From: a virus
Taxonomy: Duplodnaviria; Caudoviricetes
IMG/VR virus record: IMGVR_UViG_3300050581_000016
Coordinates: 12,299-76,298 of that record
Direction: 5' to 3' (one strand)
Length of the DNA stretch: 64,000 nucleotides
Positions 29,290 through 38,171 of the stretch are shown one piece after another. The position numbers and the translations under genes were made by a program. The notes below the pieces were generated by a model. The model was not told the DNA's origin. It saw nothing but the letters and a program-made list of their open reading frames with translations, and ran no database searches. The first letter of the stretch is position 1, and each line of letters starts with the position of its first letter.

Positions 29290-29925
29290 ATGATGAAGAG
29301 CCATGATGTCGAGCGATTCCTCAATGAGAACGTCCCGTGCTTCCAGGGTGGAAGCGACCAGAAGCTCAGCGCTGATCTGAGGTTCGAGGAGGGAACCGGC
29401 CAGAAGCTCGAAGTCGATTGGGACTATCAGCACTGTGAACAGCCTCCACCAGCGCCATCCATCAAGGTCAAGGTCAACGGCCTCAATGTGGAGACGCTGG
29501 ACGACATGATCGTGAAGAAGATGCAGGCCGCAACGCACATCAGGGAGGACGCCTCTGAGGAAGAGAAGCGGGCGGCGGTCGAGGTCGGCGGGGCACGGTT
29601 CAACGAAGGCAAAGTCAGGTTCGACCTCGTGCCGCCTGACGCCCTCTGGGAGCTGGCCAAGGTCTACACCTTCGGGGCCAGGAAGTACAGGGACAGAAAC
29701 TGGGAGAAGGGCATGAGTTGGGGCATTTGCTTTGCGGCGGCCATGCGGCACCTGTGGAAGTGGTGGCGGGGCGAGCGGAACGATCCCGAATCGGGCATCC
29801 ACCATCTGGCCCATGCGGCCTGGAACTGCCTGTCTGCCCTGGCCTACGAGCTGCGGGAACAAACCGAGTTCGATGACCGCTACAAGCTGGGCCAGCCCAG
29901 GGGCTTCAGCCTGCCCCACGATTGA
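29290..29925 (+). CDS. DUF5664 dATP/dGTP diphosphohydrolase-domain protein
   Basis: GARFNEGKVRFDLVP...GARKY..RNWEKG...RHL..W..GE..DPESG..HLAHAA. Confidence 0.8.
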   Translation: MMKSHDVERFLNENVPCFQGGSDQKLSADLRFEEGTGQKLEVDWDYQHCEQPPPAPSIKVKVNGLNVETLDDMIVKKMQAATHIREDASEEEKRAAVEVGGARFNEGKVRFDLVPPDALWELAKVYTFGARKYRDRNWEKGMSWGICFAAAMRHLWKWWRGERNDPESGIHHLAHAAWNCLSALAYELREQTEFDDRYKLGQPRGFSLPHD

Positions 29926-29982
29926 CACGAAGGCGCCCTTCGGGGCGCCCTTCCTGTTTCATGGCGATGGGTCAAATAGTTC

Positions 29983-30011
29983 TTGCATTCAGTAAGTGCT
30001 TAGTATATGCT
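29983..30011 (+). promoter_or_regulatory. sigma70-type promoter with operator
   Basis: TTGCAT-TCAG-TAAGTGCTTA-GTA-TATGCT. Confidence 0.7.
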
Positions 30012-30053
30012 GGAACCAAGTGCTAAGGAAAAACGCCAACGACGGAGGTTGAC

Positions 30054-30770
30054 ATGAAGTTTGAGAACGAAGCAGTCGAGCGAGTCTACAAGAGGTTTCT
30101 GGCCAGGGACATCGAGGAAGTGAAAACGGGCGGGAACGCCCTGTGCGGCGTCTTCATGGCGGGATACAGCGGCGACCAGGCCCAGACGCCCAGGCGCGAC
30201 ACGGTGGCCTACGGGGCCTACATCGCCGGAAAAATGCGCCGGAATCAGGCCAAAGGGGCCAAGAAGCGGGCGCCCAAGAAACCGGCCCTTGATGCGGCCC
30301 CTGATACCGAGCAGCTCAGGGAGGACGCCGTGGCGGTTGCGACCGGGAACACGCCCAGGCCCAAGACCAGGCCCAGCGAACCCAAGGCCATTGACACCCT
30401 GGTCGGGATTGCGACCGGCTTGGTTAAGGTCAAAGACGAGGCGCCCGTGTTCGAGCCGGTGCAGGCCCTGAAGGCCCTGGGCGACGGCGAGTACCAGGAG
30501 CTGCCTCACGAGCGGGCGCTGGCCCACATCAAGGTTGTCAAGAACGAGAAGGTCGCCCAGTTGTTCGGGAACAACAAGAAGAGCTTCGGGGTGTTCTGGG
30601 GCGAGCGGCTCCTTGGGCACATCGAGCTGGCCAAGGGCAATGTGATGTGGACGGTGGTGATGCGGGAAGGCGGCTCAAAGCAGGCCAAGTCACCGGCAGA
30701 CGCCATCTACGCGATGATTCAAGGCGGCCTTGAGGCCGCAATCAAGAAGGAGATCGGCGATGACAAGTAA
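30054..30770 (+). CDS. hypothetical early protein
   Basis: GGAGG SD; first gene after the promoter. Confidence 0.7.
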   Translation: MKFENEAVERVYKRFLARDIEEVKTGGNALCGVFMAGYSGDQAQTPRRDTVAYGAYIAGKMRRNQAKGAKKRAPKKPALDAAPDTEQLREDAVAVATGNTPRPKTRPSEPKAIDTLVGIATGLVKVKDEAPVFEPVQALKALGDGEYQELPHERALAHIKVVKNEKVAQLFGNNKKSFGVFWGERLLGHIELAKGNVMWTVVMREGGSKQAKSPADAIYAMIQGGLEAAIKKEIGDDK

Positions 30771-31044
30771 CAGCGTGAGACGGTACGGCAAGAAGCCCGA
30801 CTACATCTGCAAGGTCAAAAAGGACTATCCAGGGAGCGGGAGCATCACGACGCTCTACGCCTACTTCAAGCAGGAACGGATACTCTGCGAGCTGGCGGTC
30901 TATTCCAGCAAGACGGGCGGGCGCCATGTTCCAGGCCGGTGGAAGGAGATGGCGGGCGTCGAGCCCGCCAGGTTCCTTGAGGTGATCGGAAACCACTCGG
31001 CTGACGGCAGCCTCAAGTATGCAGGCACGGTCAGCGACAACTGA
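30760..31044 (+). CDS. hypothetical protein
   Basis: Overlapping start; GGAG SD. Confidence 0.55.
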   Translation: MTSNSVRRYGKKPDYICKVKKDYPGSGSITTLYAYFKQERILCELAVYSSKTGGRHVPGRWKEMAGVEPARFLEVIGNHSADGSLKYAGTVSDN

Positions 31045-31227
31045 TCGGTTCTTCGAGCATAATTAAGCACTTAGTAGTTATTTTGCAAATGCCTAAAAAA
31101 GTTTGGAATATTTTCGGCTGGATGTGGTATAATAAGGATGTTTGGATCGAAAGAATGATTCATTGATTCCTCCTCCTCCCTTGGCCGGTGAGCATTCCTC
31201 ACCGGCCATTTCTTTTAAAGGCAAATG

Positions 31228-31881
31228 ATGGCTGACAAGATAAAGATCGAATGGGTTCCAAGACACGAGCTGACGGTCGCTGGGTACAACCCCAGGAAGA
31301 TGCAGCCGTCCACCCTGGAGCGCCTCAAGAAAGGCATCAAAGAGTTCGGGATCGTTGACCCGCTCATCATCAACCGAGACGGCACGGTGATCGGAGGCCA
31401 CCAGAGGCTCCAGGCTGCCGAAGAGTGCGGCTTCGCCGAGTTTCCCTGTGTGCGCCTTGACCTTGACGCCAAGCGTGAGAAGGCCCTCAACCTGGCCCTG
31501 AACAAACTGGCGGGAGAGTGGGACTACACGAAGCTGAGCGCACTGCTCCTTGAATTCGAGGGCGAACCAGGTTTCGACATCGAGCTGACCGGCTTTGACG
31601 GCCTTGAGGCCATTGAGATGTCAACCCTGGGCAATGCCGACCTGGGAGGTCTTGGAGTGGCCGGGGGCCTGCCTGACGCGAGCGACCTGGGCAGCCCTAT
31701 CGAGGGCGCCGGATCGACCGGCGACTCGAAAACCAAGAAAACGGGCCTTCAATATGTCATCGTCTTCAGCGACGAGGGCGAGCAGCGCGAGTGGCTCGAC
31801 TACCTTGAGAGCCTCAAGGAGCGCTATCCAGACGAGGAAACGGTCAGCGCCCGCATCATTCGGGACATCACAGAGCGATAG
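31228..31881 (+). CDS. ParB/Srx N-terminal domain protein
   Basis: YNPRK, IKEFGIVDPLIIN, GGHQRLQAA, LNLALNKLAGEWD. Confidence 0.85.
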   Translation: MADKIKIEWVPRHELTVAGYNPRKMQPSTLERLKKGIKEFGIVDPLIINRDGTVIGGHQRLQAAEECGFAEFPCVRLDLDAKREKALNLALNKLAGEWDYTKLSALLLEFEGEPGFDIELTGFDGLEAIEMSTLGNADLGGLGVAGGLPDASDLGSPIEGAGSTGDSKTKKTGLQYVIVFSDEGEQREWLDYLESLKERYPDEETVSARIIRDITER

Positions 31882-31890
31882 GTGACTCCG

Positions 31891-33045
31891 ATGGCGACAG
31901 TCAGCCGATATTACAAGACGACCAACGTGTTCGAGGAGGCCCTGGAGCGCATCCGGTGGGTCTTCGACGAGTTCAAGAACGTGGTCGTGAACTATTCGGG
32001 CGGGAAGGACAGCACCATTATCCTTGAGATGGCCCTCATGGTCGCCAAGGAGAAGGGCAGGCTTCCACTGCCGGTCTTCTTCATCGACCAGGAGATCGAG
32101 TGGAACACGACCATCGACATGGTGCGCGACGTCATGTACCGGCCAGAAGTCAAGCCCTACTGGCTCCAGGTTCCGTTCAAGATCGAGAACGCAACGTCCT
32201 TCGAGGACGGATGGTTGTACGCCTGGAGGCCGGGAGACGAGTGGATTCGCCCGAAAGACCCCATCGCCATTCATGAGAAGACGTTCCCAGGCGAAGAGTT
32301 CCATGACCTCTTCGAGGGCTGGGGCAACGCCATGTACGGCGGCACCGACCTGGCGAGGCTCACCGGAGTCCGCGGTGAGGAGTCAAGGAACAGGCTGATG
32401 GGCCTGACCTGCTATGCCTGCTACAAGTGGGTCACTTGGGGAAGGAAGCACTCTGGGCGCGAGAACCACATCTCGTTCTCCCCTATCTATGATTGGTACT
32501 ACACGGACGTCTGGAAGGCCATTCACGAGCACGGCTGGAAGTACAACGCGCTCTACGACATCCAGTACCAGCGTGGCGTCCCGGTCAGGAACATGCGGGT
32601 TTCAAACCTCCATCACGAAACAGCCGTGAAGTCCCTGGAGATGCTCCAGGAGATCGACCATGACCTCTACAACAAGGTTACGAGGCGGCTCAACGGGATC
32701 GACGCCTACACCAAGATTTCCGAAATCTTCATCGTCAAGAAGCTGCCGTTCATGTTCGCATCATGGCGGGAGTACCGGGACTTCTTGTTCGAGAAGATCG
32801 TGACCGATGAGAGCGCCGCTCAGACCTTCCAGAAGCACTGGAAGCCGCTGGAGGACGTGATCGACTTCATTGGCGATCCGCACTTCACCGAAGCGCTCAT
32901 CAAGTCCGAGATCAACGCCATGCTGGTCAACGACCGTGCGGGCACGAAGCTCAACAACCTGTCCGGTTGGATCGACGGCGAGAAGAAGAAGGCCGAAGCA
33001 AGAAAGGGCGTCAAGTATGTCGATAGAAAATCACCCCGTACATAA
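31891..33045 (+). CDS. ibrA: PAPS-reductase family protein (IbrA/YbdN-like)
   Basis: NVFEEALERIRWVFDEF, PP-loop YSGGKDS, FIDQE, GVRGEES..R, PIYDW...DVW, YN.LYD, MRVS. Confidence 0.8.
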   Translation: MATVSRYYKTTNVFEEALERIRWVFDEFKNVVVNYSGGKDSTIILEMALMVAKEKGRLPLPVFFIDQEIEWNTTIDMVRDVMYRPEVKPYWLQVPFKIENATSFEDGWLYAWRPGDEWIRPKDPIAIHEKTFPGEEFHDLFEGWGNAMYGGTDLARLTGVRGEESRNRLMGLTCYACYKWVTWGRKHSGRENHISFSPIYDWYYTDVWKAIHEHGWKYNALYDIQYQRGVPVRNMRVSNLHHETAVKSLEMLQEIDHDLYNKVTRRLNGIDAYTKISEIFIVKKLPFMFASWREYRDFLFEKIVTDESAAQTFQKHWKPLEDVIDFIGDPHFTEALIKSEINAMLVNDRAGTKLNNLSGWIDGEKKKAEARKGVKYVDRKSPRT

Positions 33046-34393
33046 CGTCCAATGGGTTCCGCTGGAGAAGGTCGAGGCGAACAGCTACAACCCCAACTCC
33101 GTGGCCATCAACGAGATGAAGCTGCTCTACACCTCGATCAAGCACGATGGCTACTGCGTCGAGGAGTCTACACCTGTTTTAAGGGCCGACCTAACCTGGG
33201 TTCCAGCAGGTGAATTATCTGTTGGAGACAAGATCATTGCGTTTGATGAGTATGCGACTGGGAACGGGGACGGCAGGAAACAGCGTCGCTATCGCACGGC
33301 TTCAGTCGTGTCAAACTCCATTGAAGAGAGTGACCTGGTAAGAGTTGAAACGGATCGTGGTGAGCTGCTTACGACTCCTGACCACCCTTTCTTAGCAAAG
33401 CGCTGTTACGGCAGAGGGTATCACATGGCCGATTGGATCATGGCCTCTGACTTGCGACCCGATGACATCGTGATCTATTTGATGGCTCCATGGGAAGTTG
33501 ACCGATCATATGATGCTGGATGGCTCTCTGGCTTTCTTGATGGAGAGGGGACGCTGGCGAACAACCAGAATAAAAGTCGGAAGCCTACTGTTCGACTGGC
33601 TGGGTATCAGCGCCCAGGCACTACAGCCGACCACATGGTTGCAGAAATGGCCAAGCGAGCGCTGACGAAGGTTTTTACTTTAGACCGGACGGGCCATGTC
33701 AAATGGAGCAGCATGGTTATGGCGCGGGTTGACCGCCTCACCGAAGTGATGCGGCTTTTAGGCTCGGTTCGCCCAGAGCGCCTGATTGAAAAAGGCGGTG
33801 TTTTCTGGGAAGGGTGTGCCCTGTCTTCCAAGCTTAAGGATGAGACGAAGGCAGTAGTTGCGTCTGTTAGCCAAGAACGGCGCGGCAACATTGCACGGTT
33901 GTCTACAACTACAAAGACCTATATTGCCAATGGGTTTGCGGTTCATAACACTCAGCCCATCGTGACGGTCTACGACGAGGCGCAGGACAAGTACATTATC
34001 GTGGATGGATTCCATCGGCATCTGGTCATGAAGCACAACCGGGACATCTACGAGGACACGGGCGGCCTGCTGCCGGTGGTGGTGCTCAATAAGGACATCA
34101 ACGACCGCATGGCCTCCACCGTCAGGCACAACAGGGCCAGAGGGCGGCATGCCGTTGAGGGCATGGCGACCATCGTGTTCTCGATGCTCGACAACGGCTG
34201 GGCCGACATCGACATCTGCAAGGAGCTGGGCATGGAGCACGAGGAGCTGATCCGGCTCAAGCACATCACCGGCTTCTCCAAGCTCTTTGAGGACGTCGAG
34301 TATCGGCGGGCGTATGAAACCAAGCGACAGGTCAAATTGAGGCTCGAATGGGAAGAAAAACATTCGTCGTCATCTCAGTCTCCGACAGAGTAG
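33017..34393 (+). CDS. ibrB: ParB-like protein (IbrB/YbdM-like) with intein
   Basis: HPVHNVQWVP..ANSYNPN, SIKHDGY|TQPIV, IVDGFHR, MASTVRHNRARG. Confidence 0.85.
   Translation: MSIENHPVHNVQWVPLEKVEANSYNPNSVAINEMKLLYTSIKHDGYCVEESTPVLRADLTWVPAGELSVGDKIIAFDEYATGNGDGRKQRRYRTASVVSNSIEESDLVRVETDRGELLTTPDHPFLAKRCYGRGYHMADWIMASDLRPDDIVIYLMAPWEVDRSYDAGWLSGFLDGEGTLANNQNKSRKPTVRLAGYQRPGTTADHMVAEMAKRALTKVFTLDRTGHVKWSSMVMARVDRLTEVMRLLGSVRPERLIEKGGVFWEGCALSSKLKDETKAVVASVSQERRGNIARLSTTTKTYIANGFAVHNTQPIVTVYDEAQDKYIIVDGFHRHLVMKHNRDIYEDTGGLLPVVVLNKDINDRMASTVRHNRARGRHAVEGMATIVFSMLDNGWADIDICKELGMEHEELIRLKHITGFSKLFEDVEYRRAYETKRQVKLRLEWEEKHSSSSQSPTE
33155..33949 (+). mobile_element. intein with LAGLIDADG endonuclease (265 aa)
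   Basis: Starts CVEESTPV; TPDHPF block B; WLSGFLDGEG; ends YIANGFAVHN|T. Confidence 0.9.
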
Positions 34394-35154
34394 GCGAGCT
34401 GAACGCCCTGGTGGGGCAGATCGCAGCCGACTCGCGCTTTGACTCTTATGACGTCAACCTCTACTTCCAAGACCCGCAAGGCGTGGCTGGGAAGATCGCA
34501 CACCGTGACCGCTATGAGCGCGTCATCGTCGTGCCCGAGCTGGCAGGCTGTCACGGGGCCAGAGTCCTTCTCTTGAGGGAGCTGGACGGGGCCGGATACG
34601 ACGCCTACGTCAACCTGGACGACGACATGGAGCTGTGCGGGCACACCGACTACGAGCCTGCGGTCGCCTTCTCAGGCTATCCAGGGATCGGGTTTGTCAT
34701 GACGAACTGGGCCAAGACCATGCCCCTTCTGGAAAAGAAGGTTCCGGCCATGCTCAGGCATCGGGCCTCCGGCATGGGCCGGTTCAAGCGTCAGATCATG
34801 CTCTACAACGGTGGAGGCATGGTCTACCGGGACAGGGTCGCCGACCTCATGCGTCAGCTCGAACCCGTCAAGACGGCCTTTGATTGTGCCTGGCCGATCA
34901 CTTCTTATGTCAACGGGTTCGAGAACTACCGGGATCAGGGCAGCCTTGCCGTCCACAAGGTCTGCGGGACGGGCGGCATGAACGCCTTCATGGCAGCGAC
35001 AAAGCTGCATGTGATGTGCGAAGAGTGGCTGGAGTTCCTGCCTGCAAAGAAGCAGGACGGAAGCTGCACCTCCGTCTTGATACCGCTGGACGCCCAGGTG
35101 AAGCAGGCTGCCAAAGAGGCTCACGCCAAGGCGAGAAGGGAAATGGGACTATGA
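34348..35154 (+). CDS. GT-A fold glycosyltransferase-like protein
   Basis: N-terminal VVISV..R strand and a DxD motif in YVNLDDD. Confidence 0.6.
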   Translation: MGRKTFVVISVSDRVGELNALVGQIAADSRFDSYDVNLYFQDPQGVAGKIAHRDRYERVIVVPELAGCHGARVLLLRELDGAGYDAYVNLDDDMELCGHTDYEPAVAFSGYPGIGFVMTNWAKTMPLLEKKVPAMLRHRASGMGRFKRQIMLYNGGGMVYRDRVADLMRQLEPVKTAFDCAWPITSYVNGFENYRDQGSLAVHKVCGTGGMNAFMAATKLHVMCEEWLEFLPAKKQDGSCTSVLIPLDAQVKQAAKEAHAKARREMGL

Positions 35155-35693
35155 ACAGGGTCGAGATGAACCGCAAGCAAATGCTTGAGTACATTGCCAG
35201 GACTCTAGGCATGACGGGCGGCGTGATCGCCGAGGTCGGAGTGCTACGGGGCACCTTCGCAAAGAGCCTGCAAGACGCCCTGGCGCCCAGCAGAATGTAC
35301 CTGGTCGATCCCTGGCAGGCGTTCCCGCCCAGCGAGTTCTCCGACTACACCAGCTATTCCCAGGCGAAGTGGGATGCGATAGCGGCCTCGGTCGCCAGCC
35401 GTTTCCCGCCTCCTGTGAATGTGATCTTGCGTATGACATCGGAGGAGGCCGCTCAGCACGTCCCAGACGGCTCCCTCGATATGGTCTACCTGGACGGGAA
35501 CCATGCTTACGAGCATGTGGCCCAAGACTTGCGGCTCTGGTTCCAAAAGGTCAGACCTGGCGGGTTCATCGCTGGACACGACATAGACCGGAAAAGCGTC
35601 GGAAGGGCCGTGGGTGAGTTCCTGACCAGCATCAGCGCCTCGGCGCACATGACCAACGAGAAGTCCTGCTGCTCATACTTCTGGCAGAGATAA
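35151..35693 (+). CDS. class I SAM-dependent O-methyltransferase (Methyltransf_24-like)
   Basis: EVGV.RG, LVDPW, DMVYLDGNH.YE.V..DL, VRPGG.I.GHD. Confidence 0.85.
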   Translation: MNRVEMNRKQMLEYIARTLGMTGGVIAEVGVLRGTFAKSLQDALAPSRMYLVDPWQAFPPSEFSDYTSYSQAKWDAIAASVASRFPPPVNVILRMTSEEAAQHVPDGSLDMVYLDGNHAYEHVAQDLRLWFQKVRPGGFIAGHDIDRKSVGRAVGEFLTSISASAHMTNEKSCCSYFWQR

Positions 35694-35702
35694 GGAACAG
35701 CC

Positions 35703-36275
35703 ATGCAAATCGTCGATGTCAAGATCGAACAGATACGCCCCTACTGGCGAAATCCTCGCAAGAACGAGAAGGCCATCCAGGCCGTCAAGGAGTCCATAGA
35801 GCGCTACGGCTTCAACGTGCCCATCGTGCTGGACATGGCAGGCGTCATCATTGCCGGTCACACCCGATACAAGGCGGCCCTGGAGCTTGGATGGAAGTCG
35901 ATCCCGTGCATCTACTCCGACATGGACGAGAAGAAGGCCAAGGAGTACCGGATCGCCGACAACAAGACCGGCGAGCTGGCCCAGTGGGACATGGCGAGCT
36001 TGAAGCTGGAGATGCGCGAGCTTGAGTTTGACGGCTCCCTCCCAGGCTTTGACGAGGCCGAGATGAGTTCATTCCTGAGCGACATCTCGTTTGGCAACGC
36101 GAGCCTTCCGTCGCTCGATGGAAGCGACAAGGATCAGGAGCGGTTCGACCGCAAAGAGGCTGAGCTGAACTCCAAGTTCAGCGATCATAGCCAGAAGATG
36201 CAGGACAACTACGTCACGGTCAACTGTCCTCATTGCGGCAAGGAGTTCGTCCTTGACAAGAACGACATGGGGTAG
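35703..36275 (+). CDS. ParB/Srx N-terminal domain protein
   Basis: IRPYWRNPRKN, SIERYGFNVPIV, IIAGHTRYKAA, YRIADNK; C-terminal CPHC. Confidence 0.85.
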   Translation: MQIVDVKIEQIRPYWRNPRKNEKAIQAVKESIERYGFNVPIVLDMAGVIIAGHTRYKAALELGWKSIPCIYSDMDEKKAKEYRIADNKTGELAQWDMASLKLEMRELEFDGSLPGFDEAEMSSFLSDISFGNASLPSLDGSDKDQERFDRKEAELNSKFSDHSQKMQDNYVTVNCPHCGKEFVLDKNDMG

Positions 36276-36357
36276 AGTCACGCTCAATAAGTGTTGTGAT
36301 CTTTCACGAGGTGTGATATAAATACCTCAACCATTCACCCCAACGAAAGGATCGCAC

Positions 36358-36669
36358 ATGATAGAAATTGAGCCGATTCAGTTTGACGAGGAAAGTGCAG
36401 TCAGGGCCAGGGCATTCATCGAGGCCGTCAGATGGCAGGTCGCCAAGACCTACGAGAAGACGGCCCCTCACGAGTACACCGTCAGAAAATGGTGTCCCGA
36501 TCTTGAGAAGGAGTACGCCTGGTTTGACATGCTCATCCGCGATGCCGGTGTCAAGAAGAAGTTCTGGAAGACCCAGTACAGCTACTTGTACCTGGACGGC
36601 TATCGTTATTGGACGGGCTGGCCGCCGATCCTCATCAATAGATGCCCAGCAGACCAACCCTGGCAGTAA
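36358..36669 (+). CDS. conserved hypothetical protein
   Basis: WQVAKTY...PHEY...Y.YLYLDGYRYW. Confidence 0.7.
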   Translation: MIEIEPIQFDEESAVRARAFIEAVRWQVAKTYEKTAPHEYTVRKWCPDLEKEYAWFDMLIRDAGVKKKFWKTQYSYLYLDGYRYWTGWPPILINRCPADQPWQ

Positions 36670-36718
36670 AGAATACAACGATTCTTAAATGCAAGCCTTT
36701 TGCGGCAGAGCGCCTGTG

Positions 36719-36876
36719 AACCCTTACTGATGGCCGATTTGAGCGTCAGCGCATTCAGATTCCGTTTAGGTGTCAGTACATAGGGGGCAACTTCAAGTGC
36801 GCTCTAAACGGCAAATAGGCCGCCCAGAAGCGGGGTGAAAGTCTGGCACGATTCTTGGCTCGGCACGAGGCTTGCA
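36719..36876 (+). promoter_or_regulatory. conserved regulatory module copy B, with tandem sigma54-like boxes
   Basis: 31 nt identical to copy A; TGGCACG-ATTC-TTGG (36844) and CGGCACG-AGGC-TTGCA (36861). Confidence 0.7.
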
Positions 36877-36923
36877 AAGGTTCTAAGTGTCTAAAATATT
36901 TTGCAATCCCCTTCACTTTTTGT

Positions 36924-36952
36924 TTGACAAAGAAGTAAGTCCTTAGTATTCT
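36924..36952 (+). promoter_or_regulatory. sigma70-type promoter with operator
   Basis: TTGACA-17 nt containing TAAGTCCTTA-TATTCT. Confidence 0.7.
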
Positions 36953-37004
36953 GGGTGCAACGGTTAAGGAACAACACCAACCCCAGATACGAAGGAGCAC
37001 GACC

Positions 37005-37583
37005 ATGACTTACGGCGAATACGCAAAGGCCCAGGCGAAATTGGCGAAGATCAACCACGACCTCGATGAGATGTGGGAGAACGCCGAAACTGAAGAAGCC
37101 CGCAAAGAGTGCATGGTGCTTGAGAAAGAGGCCGAGGAACTCCAGGCCATAGTCGCCGAGGGCGCCGAGCAGTACAAGGCGACCGAGGACAACGACGAGG
37201 ACATGGAAGACGACGAACTGCTCAAGACCATCGAGAAGATCATGGGCGGCAGCACCGCGAGCACGATGGTTGAGAAGGAAGTGGCCCTCGCCGACAGTGC
37301 GACGGCCAAGGCCCTGAAAGAGGGCGCGACGGTAGTTGCCGACGAACCGGCCAAGAAGGACGAAGAGGCCGTCAAGAAGGCCCGCAAGCCCAGGGAGAAG
37401 AAGGAGCCCGAACCGGAAGTCACTGAGCTTGGAGGATTCAAGCTGGGCCAGAAGGCGGGCTGGAAGGAAGGCGGGCAACTCTTTGAAGGGATCGTTACAA
37501 AGATCGGCAAGTGCTACCTGGGGATCACCATCGAGAGTGGAAAACACCAGAAGATCAAGCCCTGCTACACGATAGCCCTGTAA
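37005..37583 (+). CDS. hypothetical acidic protein with C-terminal SH3-like beta domain
   Basis: GGAG SD; KLGQKAGW...FEGIVTKIGK. Confidence 0.7.
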   Translation: MTYGEYAKAQAKLAKINHDLDEMWENAETEEARKECMVLEKEAEELQAIVAEGAEQYKATEDNDEDMEDDELLKTIEKIMGGSTASTMVEKEVALADSATAKALKEGATVVADEPAKKDEEAVKKARKPREKKEPEPEVTELGGFKLGQKAGWKEGGQLFEGIVTKIGKCYLGITIESGKHQKIKPCYTIAL

Positions 37584-37653
37584 GGGAATCAAGGGGCCGA
37601 CCTGGTGGTCAGATCGGCCCCTACTTCAACAACCAGGAGGAAGGAGTCGAATC

Positions 37654-37977
37654 ATGAAAAGAATCATTACTGCATTGGTGATCGCCCTGACGCTCGTGAT
37701 TGGAGCGCCCATCGTCAACGCCCAGGACGCCGTCTGTGTTGATCCGAATGGATGGGTCGTTGCGTGCTCCACGGAGGAGTACAAGGTGTTGCAGCCTCAG
37801 ATGGACGGGCCGAACCTGTGGTCGGCAACGATTGTCGTTAAACGGAATTCACCGCTCATGAGCACCAGGGATAAGGTCGTGGCGGTTTACGGTCGTACCT
37901 GCGATGAGGCCCAGGATCGGGCGCGGCAACTGCTTCGGATGCTCAGGGGCGGCAAGGACTTCATGGAAGGCAGATAG
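37654..37977 (+). CDS. putative exported protein
   Basis: Sec signal peptide MKRIITALVIALTLVIGAPIVNA. Confidence 0.7.
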   Translation: MKRIITALVIALTLVIGAPIVNAQDAVCVDPNGWVVACSTEEYKVLQPQMDGPNLWSATIVVKRNSPLMSTRDKVVAVYGRTCDEAQDRARQLLRMLRGGKDFMEGR

Positions 37978-38032
37978 ACATCTCGACGAGGTCGAAGAGG
38001 AGGCCCTGGGAAACCGGGGCCTTTTCATTTGT

Positions 38033-38109
38033 GCGGGGATAGCTCAACAGGCAGAGCACAACCCTTCCCAGGTTGAAGGTGCGTGGTTCGAGTCCCGCTC
38101 TCCGCTCCA
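38033..38109 (+). tRNA. tRNA-Gly(TCC), atypical
   Basis: Acceptor GCGGGGA/TCTCCGC, D arm GCTC/GAGC, anticodon stem CAACC/GGTTG with loop CTTCCCA, TTCGAGT, U73, encoded CCA. Confidence 0.85.
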
Positions 38110-38171
38110 ATAGTCATCAAAGAAGGCCCTGGGATGAACCCAGGGCCTTTCCTGTTTCAGGAGGATGTCAC

